A stretch of DNA of 64,000 nt from NCBI RefSeq assembly GCF_023055435.1, contig NW_025964361.1, positions 23,064,001-23,128,000 on the forward strand, in the 5' to 3' direction. The stretch is from Haliotis rufescens. Lineage: Eukaryota. This document shows positions 35,423 through 48,244 of the stretch, in pieces. Every line of letters begins with the position of its first letter. Position 1 is the stretch's first letter. The notes beneath the pieces were generated by a model. It was given only the letters and a program-made list of their open reading frames with translations. It made no database searches and had not been told where the DNA came from. The position numbers were made by a program, and so were the translations under genes.

Positions 35423-38299
35423 ATGTCCCCTCTCGGCCACCATATCTTTCAGTTCTTTAGAGTCATGATCATGCAATGTAGAAATGGTTTTATCGCTTTC
35501 AGTTAGAGACGCATAATCAAATGAGCCCAAATGTTTCTGTATAAGCGCACGTACACGTATCCAGGGACTTTATGATTCTCTATGGAACGTAATAATTAGT
35601 TTGAGGATGAGACAACCTAGGAGGGAGCAATTCGAAGCTGAATCTCGGTCGACTAATTGACTTTGAGCAAAGATCATTAGAACATGCTTTTTCATAGCTG
35701 AGTGCAGGATTGTCTGTGTCAAACCCCACATCACAGACAAGTATGAATTCGGATCAGGATGTCACCTGCTACACAAGATTTGATTTCCCATTGGATTTGG
35801 GGGAATAGTGACTCATTAATAAATACAGAATATTATATTGTTTAGTTTACCGCTGTGCAATCCTTGTTCTCCATGGCTACAATAATGAATTTACTGGAAA
35901 CCAATAACGTAGGAAACACATTTAAATGCCCGTGTACAATTTGAATGCTTTTCGTTTTTAGATTTACAGGAAGTTCAGTTACCTTGAGAAATGCCAAGAG
36001 GAGGAGGAAGAAATACTTTTACCCGGATGTACACGCCGCCAGCGAGTCATCCTGTATAGAAAAACATTAGAGCGTTTTGCAGGGTTATTGTGGACTCACA
36101 GTCAACAAACAATATCAGCTTTTCACCAATCTGATACTTCACGATATAGATGAAATACCGTTCGAAGCTGTGGTAAACCACTCACCCGAGCTCTGTAAAT
36201 TTGGAGACCTGACAACTTCCAACCTCTAAACTAGAATGTTTTAACTGTCCCCATTGCGCTTACGCTTTTGTAGGATACCACCCTTTATTGCACTCCTCGC
36301 ATGAAGTGCGTCACTGCCTCGACATATTCATACCCAAAATAACAATGACTATAACGTTCAGGACCCCGTTATTCCAAGCGATCTCTGTATTCTTTTTACA
36401 AATCCATACCAGGTGCATTTGAGAGTACACTGGATTGCCACCAAGATATTTGGCTATGATGGTTTTATTATCATATATTTATTTGGGCATGGGATAGGAG
36501 GCACTGGAGGCTCAGTGATCTTTTCTCCGGAATTCGCTGTGCCGAGCTGCGTCCCTTAGTCTACACTGTACACAACCCACATTGAACCGAATCTCATGTA
36601 TACTTAAATCATGTTGAAACTGGTGGCAAACTCACTCATTTATTCGACAATACTGTTTTTATATTGAACACAATGGAATAGATTGAGAGTTGACCAAAAT
36701 AAATACTAACAAAGATAACCTTCTTATTACCGTAATTGAATGGTTTAAGCGATCCAAGAAACAGTCCTTCAACGATTATGATTATCAACAGACACCATTC
36801 AGGTCGAGCGGCTGTAGCCCGACACGCGAACATGTTGTATCTACAAGCTCGACAGGCGGTGAAGAGCAACGTCAACGAGCAGCGATTCCCACACGTTGTA
36901 TCCTAGAATGCTTTTCCCCCGATGCCGGGACAGGGGAAGTATTAGATTACCCCAGACAATTATTGGTGCAGACGACAGAAGCCAGGTTCCGGCTTTTGTC
37001 TTAAAGGTAGAGTGCGCGCATGAGTGGGTGACACAAAAACAACCCCCATGTAACCACGCAACTTCAAGATGTTGATGAACCCCTTTAGGAAACACAAAGT
37101 CTTTCCGTTTCAGAGAAGGAAGAAAATAAAATGTTCTGAAGGCAACATATTTTGAGGATTATTGAAAGATCAGATACTGATCCTTTGCCCTTTTAAACTC
37201 AGCTGCTTGGATTCATCAAGGAGAATGAATCAGTTGAGAAATTACGGGAAGATACCAAGAGAAAAGCTGTCAAGGGTACTAGAATCAGTCATAAGAAAGT
37301 CACAAGGGCACGAGTACACGATGAAGTGACCGCAGAGTTCACCTACATCAAGAACCACCCTCAGCATCCCCCTTACACCATTGTCTAAGGCAGGTTTTCC
37401 CCTCTTTCCTTCTAAGATAAGGAGTTGTTTTCCTCACCTGTCCACGACGTGGACTAACTATTCCACCCAGAAAACGGCTTGCAAGAGCTTCTAACATCAA
37501 TCTCACCATCTAACTGCGGAATGACTCCCAAATCAACCAGAGTCTAGATGTGAGGATCTTCACTTTTACAGGAACCGGGATCAACGGGTGTCCACCAGAT
37601 ACCCAGTTTACGCAACCATCTGACGCCCTTGGTGACAGAGACATCAGCCCTGGAACTATGAGACCATTTCCTACACGGTTCACATCTCACAAGATCAGAT
37701 GTCACCTGGTTTTACTGACAGGAGACCTGCAATATTTTTGTAAAAAACACAAGCAGCTGGAAGACCTTGTTGAGGTCCAGTTTCAAAATGTCGAGGAAAA
37801 TAACTGTCAACTTGATTCACCAGAGCGTCACCAAATATTTATCTTTCCATTCAAGAGCACAATGATGAAAGGGAGGCTATATGTTATTCATCAGAGACAT
37901 TATAAGGGGAAAATCTCGCTTAACTTTCAATATTGATAGAAAAACTGAATATAACTTAAAGAATGCGTACTTATCAATTATGCGATATGAATGTAACATA
38001 TATCCCCCAAACGTCGAAAAGAATAGGTAGCGTCTTCAATAAATGTCAAAACTACGTACATGCTCCTTTTTACTGATGAAATGTCACAAAATTGTTTATT
38101 GTGTTTAATAATATATAATATAATATAATAATTATATGACATTTGTATGCTTTTCTTTGGACACTGAAAAGCAGATTTCATGTCATAGAATTTGTCACAG
38201 TCTTCTGGGGCAAGTTCATGGGCAAGTTTGTACCGTTTTCTCAAATCATCACAGTGTCATGATATGGGTTATCTCATATAGGAGGAGCACAGATCTTAT

Positions 38300-38612
38300 T
38301 CATATCTAAGACAATTTAACACCTACCGTTATCGTGGAGTCCTCGCATTTTCCAGACTCTGCAAGCACCATGCGTCAGTTTTTCAGCTTGACAATGTCCG
38401 TCCCCACACAGCACAAGTCTGTACTGATTTCTTGAGAGCTCAGGGCATAAACACACTGCCGTGGCCCAATTGTGCATCTGTTGGATGAGACAGACAGACA
38501 GACGCCAACAAGGAACACGAAATCATTTACGCCAAGCTCTTCAGGACTAGTTTTCACCTTGCTTCCATGGGCGTGTTGCGCAGTCATTCAGGCTAATCGT
38601 GGCCACACACGG
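38300..38612 (+). mobile_element. Decayed Tc1 transposase C-terminal fragment
   Basis: Translates FQLDNVRPHTAQVCTDFLRAQGINTLPWP...CAVIQANRGHTR, homologous to the Tc1 at 12816-14363. Confidence 0.85.
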
Positions 38613-38904
38613 GACAATGCTTACACGGTTACGACCGCAGTGCTTGAGTGGCGTAACCGTTAACGTTTGGTAAACTCTGTAATCTTCAAGACACACACAC
38701 GTCCCAAGTATCGCTATTAAAGCCCTGTAGATGTCGAAGAATGAATCAAGACAGCGTTCATCTGACGGGATGGCACAAATGATATCAAGACATAATGTAC
38801 CTTATATATATATATCTACCTTTCATGTCTATAATTATATCAATTGTCATTATTAGATAGTTTGTACCCTGCCTTATGAGAGTGTTATGTACACTAAAAA
38901 TTCT

Positions 38905-39505
38905 TGATCAAGACCGTGTGCATCTATATGGGTGCCACATGCAATATCAAGACAATATTCACCTGTATGGATGTCACATGCAATATCAAGACAATATTCA
39001 CCTGTATGGATGTCACATGCAATATCAAGACAATATTCACCTGTATGGATGTCATATGCAATATCAAGACAGTATTCACCTGTATGGATGTCACATGCAA
39101 TATCAAGACAATATTCGACTGTATGGGTGCCACATGCAATATCAAGACAATATTCACCTGTATGGATGTCACATGCAATATCAAGACAATATTCACCTGG
39201 ATGGATGTCATATGCAATATCAAGACAATATTCACCTGTATGGATGTCATATGCGATATCAAGACAGTATTCACCAGTATGGACGTCACATACAATATCA
39301 AGAAAGTATTCACCTGGATGGATGTCACATGCGATATCAAGACAATATTCACCTGTATGGATGTCACATGCAATATCAAGACAGTATTCACCTGTATGGA
39401 TGTCACATGCGATATCAAGACAGTATTCATCTGTATGGATGTCACATGTGATATCAGGACTGTTCATCTATATGGATGTCACATGCGATATCAGGACTGT
39501 TCATC
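38905..39505. repeat. 39-bp minisatellite (ATATCAAGACAATATTCACCTGTATGGATGTCACATGCA), about 15 copies
   Basis: Tandem units; open in five of six frames. Confidence 0.97.
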
Positions 39506-40479
39506 TAACATCTGCATCACTTCGGGTTTAAAACGTCACGCTGAGACGCAGTGATTTAAATCATATATTGTTCAATGCGGTGTAAAACGTTACTCACTCA
39601 CTCATAATCCTGAACATACATTTTGTACACCCTTGATCGTCATATTGAATACATTTTGAATACATTTCTAAGTTATAAATACTATTCATGCGTGCATGTC
39701 TTCAATAAACGAGCAGCTTTCTTTATAAGCTGCCAAATATGTTTACTTGGTGGTCAAATAGCATCTGAATGATTATAAAAATGCAAACATAGGCTACATT
39801 TAAGTAACACGTACTTAAATATCGGCGGTTTTAATGTGCTCCTGTACAAACACACCCCAATATATTCTGTTTTTCCAGATCTCGCTGAAAGTCATATCAA
39901 TATCACCGGGAACACGGGTGCGTGGATTGCGACAGAGACACTCCCGTGTGTGTGTGGAGGGGGCAGAGTCGATACCACTCCATAAAATTACCAAACTGAA
40001 ATTGCTTATGATGTGTACAAACCAAAATATTGACTTCGGTTCTCGTCAGTGGCAACCGGTTGTCTGGCATGTGTTTTTGAATGACACCGACATAGTGAAA
40101 GAGCTACGATACTAACTTAAGGATCTTGCCTGTCACAACTGTAGCTATTCAGGTGAGTTGTTTTGTTTTATGTTGACGATTGACCTAAAGACACAAACTT
40201 ATAAGTGACCTATAGATGGCCTAGAAGATAAGCACTTATTAAGATGCTGCAATCTGTATTATAAAATCTTGTTGTACGACTGTGTATTTCCAGCGATTTG
40301 TTTTGGACAGGGTTTTATTGTACCGTGTTTAATACAGAGAGCTGGGCTACTTGACATAACCCCAGTGAAGATCACAGAACAAATACGACACTTAGGCAAA
40401 TGAAAAATATACATGTAGTCATCTTTTGTTCAGCTTTCGTTAGATCCGGATTAATTAATCATTGAATAGCTTTGAATAT

Positions 40480-43400
40480 TGACTATATACATGTATGTAG
40501 ACGATCCCAGTGTAACATCCTTTAGTATATACATGTATGTAGACGATCCCAGTGTAACATCCTTTAGTATATACATGTATGTAGACGATCCCGGTGTAAC
40601 ATCTTTTAGTATATACATGTATGTAGACGATCCAAGCGTAAGATCGTTTAGTATACACCTGTATGTAGTCGACCCCAGTGTTACATCTGTTAGTATATAC
40701 ATGTATATAGACGATCCAAGTGTAACGTCCTTTAGTGTATACATGTATGTAGACGATCCCGGTGTAACATCCTTTAGTATATACATGTATATAGACGATC
40801 CAAGTGTAACGTCATTTAGTATATACATGTATGTAGGCGATCCCAGTGTAACGTCCTTTAGTATATACATGTATGTAGATGATCCAAGTGTAACGTCATT
40901 TAGTATATACATGTATGTAGACGATCCCGGTGTAACATCTTTTAGTATATACATGTATATAGACGATCCCAGTGTAACGTCCTTTAGTATATACATGTAC
41001 ATAGACGATCCCAGTGTAACGTCATTTAGTATATACATGTATGTAGACGATCCCGGTGTAATATCTTTTAGTATATACATGTATATAGACGATCCGAGTG
41101 TAACTTCATTTAGTATATACATGTACATAGACGATCCCAGTGTAACGTCATTAAGTATATACATGTATGTAGACGATCCCGTGTAACATCCGTTAGTATA
41201 TACATGTATATAGACGATCCCAGTGTAACGTCCTTTAGTATATACATGTACATAGACGATCACAGTGTAACGTCATTTAGTATATACATGTATGAAGACG
41301 ATCCCGGTGTAACATCTTTTAGTATATACATGTATATAGACGATCCGAGTGTAACGTCATTTAGTATATACATGTACATAGACGATCCAAGCGTAAGATC
41401 TTTTAGTATACACATGTATGTAGACGACCCCAGTGTTACATCCGTTAGTATATACATGTATATAGACGATCCAAGTGTAACGTCCTTTAGTGTATACATG
41501 TATGTAGACGATCCCGGTGTAACATCCTTTAGTATATACATGTATATAGACGATCCAAGTGTAACGTCCTTTAGTATATACATGTATGTAGGCGATCCCA
41601 GTGTAACGTCATTTAGTATATACATGTATGTGGACGATCCCAGTGTAACATCTTTTAGTATATGCATGTATATAGACGATCCAAGTGTAACGTCCTTTAG
41701 TATATACATGTATGTAGATGATCCAAGTGTAACGTCATTTAGTATATACATGTATGTGGACGATCCCGGTGTAACATCTTTTAGTATATACATGTATATA
41801 GACGATCCCAGTGTAACGTCCTTTAGTATATACATGTACATAGACGATCCCAGTGTAACGTCATTTAGTATATACATGTATGTAGACGATCCCGGTGTAA
41901 CATCTTTTAGTATATACATGTATATAGACGATCCCAGTGTAACGTCCTTTAGTATATACATGTACATAGACGATCACAGTGTAACGTCATTTAGTATATA
42001 CATGTATGAAGACGATCCCGGTGTAACATCTTTTAGTATATACATGTATATAGACGATCCGAGTGTAACGTCATTTAGTATATACATGTACATAGACGAT
42101 CCAAGCGTAAGATCTTTTAGTATACACATGTATGTAGACGACCCCAGTGTTACATCCGTTAGTATATACATGTATATAGACGATCCAAGTGTAACGTCCT
42201 TTAGTGTATACATGTATGTAGACGATCCCGGTGTAACATCCTTTAGTATATACATGTATATAGACGATCCAAGTGTAACGTCCTTTAGTATATACATGTA
42301 TGTAGGCGATCCCAGTGTAACGTCATTTAGTATATACATGTATGTGGACGATCCCAGTGTAACATCTTTTAGTATATACATGTATATAGACGATCCAAGT
42401 GTAACGTCCTTTAGTATATACATGTATGTAGATGATCCAAGTGTAACGTCATTTAGTATATACATGTATATAGACGATCCCGGTGTAACATCTTTTAGTA
42501 TATACATGTATGTAGATGATCCAAGTGTAACATCTTTTAGTATATACATGTATGTAGATGATCCAAGTGTAACATCCTTTAGTATATACATGTATGTAGA
42601 TGATCCAAGTGTAACGTCATTTAGTATATACATGTATGTGGACGATCCCGGTGTAACATCTTTTAGTATATACATGTATATAGACGATCCCAGTGTAACG
42701 TCCTATAGTATATACATGTACATAGACGATCCCAGTGTAACGTCATTTAGTATATACATGTATGTAGACGATCCCGGTGTAACATCTTTTAGTATATACA
42801 TGTATATAGACGATCCGAGTGTAACGTCATTTAGTATATACATGTACATAGACGATCCCAGTGTAACGTCATTTAGTATTTACATGTATGTAGACGATCC
42901 CAGTGTAACATCCGTTAGTATATACATTTATATAGACGATCCCAGTGTAACGTCTTTTAGTATATACATGTATGTAGGCGATCCCAGTGTAACGTCTTTT
43001 AGTATATACATGTATGTAGACGATCCCAGTGTAACGTCATTTAGTATATACATGTATATAGACGATCCCGGTGTAACATCCGTTATTATATACATGTATA
43101 TAGACGATCCCAGTGTAACATCCTTTAGTATATACATGTATGTAGACGATCCCAGTGTAACGTCCTTTAGTATATACATGTATGTAGACGATCCCAGTGT
43201 AACGTCATTTAGTATATACATGTATGTAGACGATCCCAGTGTAACGTCATTTAGTATATACATGTATGTAGACGATCCCAGTGTAACATCCGTTAGTATA
43301 TACATTTATATAGACGATCCCAGTGTAACGTCCTTTAGTATATACATGTATGTAGACGATCCCGGTGTAGCGTCCGTTACTACATACATGTATGTAGACG

Positions 43401-43675
43401 ATCCCAGTGTAACGTCCGTTAGTATATACATGTATATAGACGATCCGAGTGTAACGTCCGTTAGTATATACATGTATGTAGACGATCCCAGTGTAACGTC
43501 CGTTAGTATATACATGTATGTAGACGAACCCCGTGTAACGTCCTTTAGTATATACATGTATGTAGACGATCCCAGTGTAACGTCCGTTAGTATATACATG
43601 TATGTAGACGATCCCAGTGTAACGTCCTTTAGTATATACATGTATATAGACGATCCCAGTGTAACGTCATTTAGC
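40480..43675. repeat. 42-bp minisatellite (TAGTATATACATGTATGTAGACGATCCCAGTGTAACGTCCTT), about 76 copies, with a 714-bp higher-order period
   Basis: Tandem units; variant markers recur 714 bp apart (41261/41975, 41391/42105). Confidence 0.98.
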
Positions 43676-43865
43676 ATAGACATGGAGGGCTGGGATTTTA
43701 TCGAAAATATTACATTACATCCCAAAAAGGAAATTGCCTGCCACCAAAATTACATTGTTGCAAGATGTTTTTAAATAGAAATCAGGCCTATAGTTGATAT
43801 ATGACTGTTGCACGTCATATCATGTCTTGATCAGTATTTTCTATTTGAAATGTATTCGCCCCAGA

Positions 43866-46800
43866 ATGTCTCACGAATGCTGGAGGTACAACTCGTCCGA
43901 TGTTGCCATCAGGACTGTCTTCTCGTGCTCCTGTGGTTGCTGTGGTGACGCTTACCAAAGATTCTGCTGTGATACGTCGTTCTGTGATCCAAACGGAAGA
44001 TGCAGGTACGTTCTGTAAATCCAAAAAGGTGTGGTTATGTTCTGCGACCCGCATGGAAGATAGAATTTATTACAGTCTGTGATCCAAATGGAAGCTGTTC
44101 TGTAAAGTTATGTTATATCCTTGGATGTATATGTATAATGCCGATGTACCGTTGATAAGTTCACTCTCTCCTTTTGGTGATATATAGTTACACTCTATTG
44201 GAAGCTCTAGTAACGTTCTGTTATCCCCACAGGGTACTGTTACCTTCTGTTATATCTATAGATTTACACTCTCATCAAAATCAGATCCTAGTTTTCGCTA
44301 CCGCCATTAGAAAACACATTCCGACTGTCACTTTCATGATCTGGTAAGCGACGCTCTGATTGGTTCGATGAAAGGTCCTTCTGACGTGACCAGTAATGGG
44401 ATGTCCTCAGATCTTTGTTTAGCGACAACGAGAACTAAGATCTGATTTTAATGAGATTGATAGATTTAGATCAGTACATGGCTCAGGTAAGTTGTGATGT
44501 TTAACTTTTACTCACTTCCTCTATTGATGGCGTTGTTACGTTGTGGAAGCCGTTTTATGTTATGTGATCCAAATAGACATTGTAGTTGCGTCATGATGCG
44601 GTCACTCTAGCTTCATGATACAGACGATATTCCGAGTTTCGTCCCTGTGGCGCGTTAGAAACCTATTATTGTGGGTCGAATCCTAGATTGTTTCTAGGTT
44701 TGTTAGCACCAAACCCGTGCTCTTGGGTTTCACTAAGATGGCAAACGTCTGAGACCGGGCTTTCCTCCCACACAAGCTGACACGCGTGATATAATTGAAA
44801 TACTGTGCAATGCGGCTTTTAACACAACTCACTTGACCTATTTTTCACAAATCTTTGTATATCTGTTAATCTCAAGGTGCTCCTGCTTATACAAACAGCC
44901 ACAGTATTAAAGTCAATAACAAAGTGGACAGAAAGGAGGTAGACTTCGGTTGGTCACTATAACAAAGAACAGGATATAAACTGTCGGAAAAATTAAGACC
45001 AGTTGTTCTTGAGTAATGAGCCATTTCTTATAGCTAAAGTCTAATACATGTCCAGTAAGTGCATGAATAACGTATTTTTTCTATCTTCTTTCAGCGGTAT
45101 TTACCTAAGCCATGCCAGTGTAATAGCTCTTATATGCGTGTCCTCGCTGATATTGATTGGGGCAGGGGTGGCACTTGTCTTGGTGTGTCGGATGAAGAAA
45201 CGACCTTTCCTGTGGAAATCCGGAAGAACCCCTAAGGAAAAGATAAAAGAAATATTGAAAAGCGATAAAGGTAAAGAATGTTTCGGATGACATTTTATAG
45301 AAATACACTTTGTCACACTTTAAAATTGTATGCAATGATATTCGTCAAGTGCGCCTTTTTTCGGATCTTGTTTCAATTGAGATCTGAAAAAAATAGTTAA
45401 TGTGCTTTTTGTTTGATAATGTCAACAATATTATTACATTTCAAGGGATAGATTCTTAAGGGATATTTTTTATCGTTATCAAAGGACTCCTTTATTTATT
45501 TTATGATTTATACAGATGACATTTTCGAAAAGGGAAATAATAACAATAACTGTCTGATATATATGTGAAATTGGCATTTCAAAGGGTTGTAGTGTAAGAA
45601 CAGTTGACTGTGCAGCTGACTTCCTATGAATACAAATATATAAAAGAAATACTTGAACTTAAATTATGAATCTAAACTCTGTATTTTAGAAAGCTTCACT
45701 TGATTCGCAGCATTACATGTCGTGATCACATGACAACATATATGCACTGCGTATGCCATATTTTCTGCCAACTCGCTGTCCCGTTACAACATATGTGCAC
45801 TTAGTGAGCCCTATTACCTGCCAACTCGCTGTCCCGTTACAACATATGTACACTTAATGTGCCCTATAACCTGCCAACTCGCTGTCCCGTTACAACATAT
45901 GTGCACTTAGTGAGCCCTATTACCTGCCAACTCGCTGTCCCGTTACAACATATGTAAACTGAGTGTGCCCTATAACCTACCAACTCGCTGTCCCGTTACA
46001 ACATATGTACACTTAATGAGCCCTATTACCTGCCAACTCGCTGTCCCGTTACAACATATGTACACTTCGTATGCCATATTACCTGCCAACTCGCTGTCCC
46101 GTTACAACATATGTGCACTTCGTATGCCATATTACCTGCCAACTCGCTGTCCCGTTACAACATATGTGCACTTCGTATGCCATATTACCTGCCAACTCGC
46201 TGTCCCGTTACAACATATGTACACTTAGTGTGCCCTATAACCTGCCAACTCGCTGTCCCGTTACAACATATGTATACTGAGTGTGCCCTATAACCTACCA
46301 ACTCGCTGTCCCGTTACAGCATATGTACACTTAATGAGCCCTATTACCTGCCAACTCGCTGTCCCGTTACAACCTATGTGCACTTCGTATGCCATATTAC
46401 CTGCCAACTCGCTGTCCCGTTACAACATATGTGCACTTCGTATGCCATATTACCTGCCAACTCGCTGTCCCGTTACAGCATATGTACACTTAGTGAGCCC
46501 TATAACCTGCCAACTCGCTGTCCCGTTACAACATATGTGCACTTCGTATGCCATATTACCTGCCAACTCGCTGTCCCGTTACAACATATGTGCACTTCGT
46601 ATGCCATATTACCTGCCAACTCGCTGTCCCGTTACAACATATGTGCACTCCGTATGCCATATTACCTGCCAACTCGCTGTCCCGTTACAACATATGTTCA
46701 CTTCGTATGCCATATTACCTGCCAACTCGCTGTCCCGTTACAACATATGTGCACTCCGTATGCCATATTACCTGCCAACTCGCTGTCCCGTTACAACATA

Positions 46801-47834
46801 TGTGCACTTCGTATGCCCTATTACCTGCCAACTCGCTGTCCCGTTACAACATATGTGCACTTCGTATGTCATATTACCTGCCAACTCGCTGTCCCGTTAC
46901 AACATATGTGCACTTCGTATGCCATATTACCTGCCACCTCGCTGTCCCGTTACAACATATGTGCACTTCGTATGCCATATTACCTGCCAACTCGCTGTCC
47001 CGTTACAACATATGTGCAGTTTGTATGCCATATTACATGCCATCTGACTATCCCGTTACAATATATGTTCACTTTGTATGCCGTATTACTTACCAACTTG
47101 TTATCCCTTTATAACATATAAATGTTTCAAGAAAAGTCTAAGATGACGATGAGGTTAAAAGTAGGTAATTAAAATATCTATAGTCACTGTGCTAACGTGC
47201 AGTGAAGGTGATTAGACAATCTACTTCAGTAAATTAGTCACAATAATATAGAGATTTGTTGCATAAATGGCATGATTGACAATATAATATCTACTGTTTA
47301 TGTACCAGTAGAAGTCATATGATTCAATAAAGAGTTTGACAATTTGAAGTTATAACATGAATATTACCTTCCCTTTCTTCGTCTGCCTGGTAAAATGTCT
47401 CTTTTTGTGATATGTGTTGTACAGACTACTCTAGATAGGCTGGGGCAACGGTGGTTAAAGCTTTCGCTCGTCAGTCACGCCGAATACCCGGGTTTGACTC
47501 CCTACATGGGTACAATGTGTGAATCCCATTTCTGGTGTCCCCCGCTGTGATATTGCAGGAATATTGTTGAAAGCGGTGTAAAACCATACTCACGTAATAT
47601 ATATGCTACTTATCGCTGTATGTGTGCATATGTTATACAGACTACTCTGGAGAAGATGGCAGCAGTACCTCAGACCATCCGTATTACATCTACCCAGATT
47701 TCCCCCTGCCCCAAGACTTACAGATGCAGAAACATATGCAGCTGCAGACACAGACACAATCGCAGACACAGCAAGAGCAGCTGCAGACTCAGATACGGTC
47801 ACAGACACGGAAAGAGCAGCTGTCCTATTGCTGA
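43866..47834 (+). CDS. Cys-rich single-pass membrane protein, CYYR1/Shisa-like paralogue X, join(43866..44005,45095..45270,47641..47834); 5' end and last exon uncertain
   Basis: Exon MSHECWRYNSSDVAIRTVFSCSCGCCGDAYQRFCCDTSFCDPNGRC ends AG|GTACGT (phase 2) and joins in frame to TTCTTTCAG|C GIYLSHASVIALICVSSLILIGAGVALVLVCRMKKR... (TM helix plus basic stop-transfer), ending G|GTAAAG (phase 1). In-frame Tyr/Pro/Gln-rich exon at 47641; an alternative last exon at 45516 is also in frame. Confidence 0.68.
44268..44458. mobile_element. Unclassified MITE with ~30-bp TIRs (ACTCTCATCAAAATCAGATC...)
   Basis: ACTCTCATCAAAATCAGATCCTAGTTTTCG pairs with CGAGAACTAAGATCTGATTTTAATGAGATT. Confidence 0.75.
45733..47120. 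repeat. 53-bp minisatellite (ACAACATATGTGCACTTCGTATGCCATATTACCTGCCAACTCGCTGTCCCGTT), about 26 copies
   Basis: Tandem units; ORFs between 45965 and 47121 are cyclic translations. Confidence 0.97.
47442..47593 (+). mobile_element. SINE family A
   Basis: Matches 25123-25284. Confidence 0.9.
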
Positions 47835-48191
47835 CAGACGATGATTCATGCCTGAAAACCCGCCACGAGCATGTAGATAGACACGACGAGCAATGGCGTA
47901 GTCCTCAATGAGCCATGTCACCGGTTGATATATGACGTCACTTTTGTAAGAACTTTGTTGCGGCTGAGAAGATTATGCGTTACGTGACAAGAACAACACA
48001 AACACAAATTATCCTACACAGGGAACTTACGCCCTAATAATTGTAATACAATGGTTCAATGTAGTTCTTCTACAAACCATCAGTAGACGGGTGTGTCTTG
48101 ATTCACGCCCAGTCAACTCCAGCTACATCGGGGTAAAGATCGTGTCTGCGCCAGGTAATCCAGCGGTTCAGACCGCCGGGCCAGCGGGGGT

Positions 48192-48243
<52 letters not shown>
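48192..48243 (+). repeat. Poly-G homopolymer (52 nt)
   Basis: Directly visible. Confidence 0.9.

Positions 48244-48244
<1 letters not shown>

Noticed and set aside
41204-43774. 856-aa ORF and the overlapping antisense ORFs
   Set aside because: Translation of a 42-bp minisatellite; open on both strands, broken by a 1-bp deletion upstream, and positioned like an intron.
45965-47121. Cys/His-rich ORFs resembling metal-binding proteins
   Set aside because: Translations of a 53-bp repeat whose length is not a multiple of three, so all frames give the same peptide.
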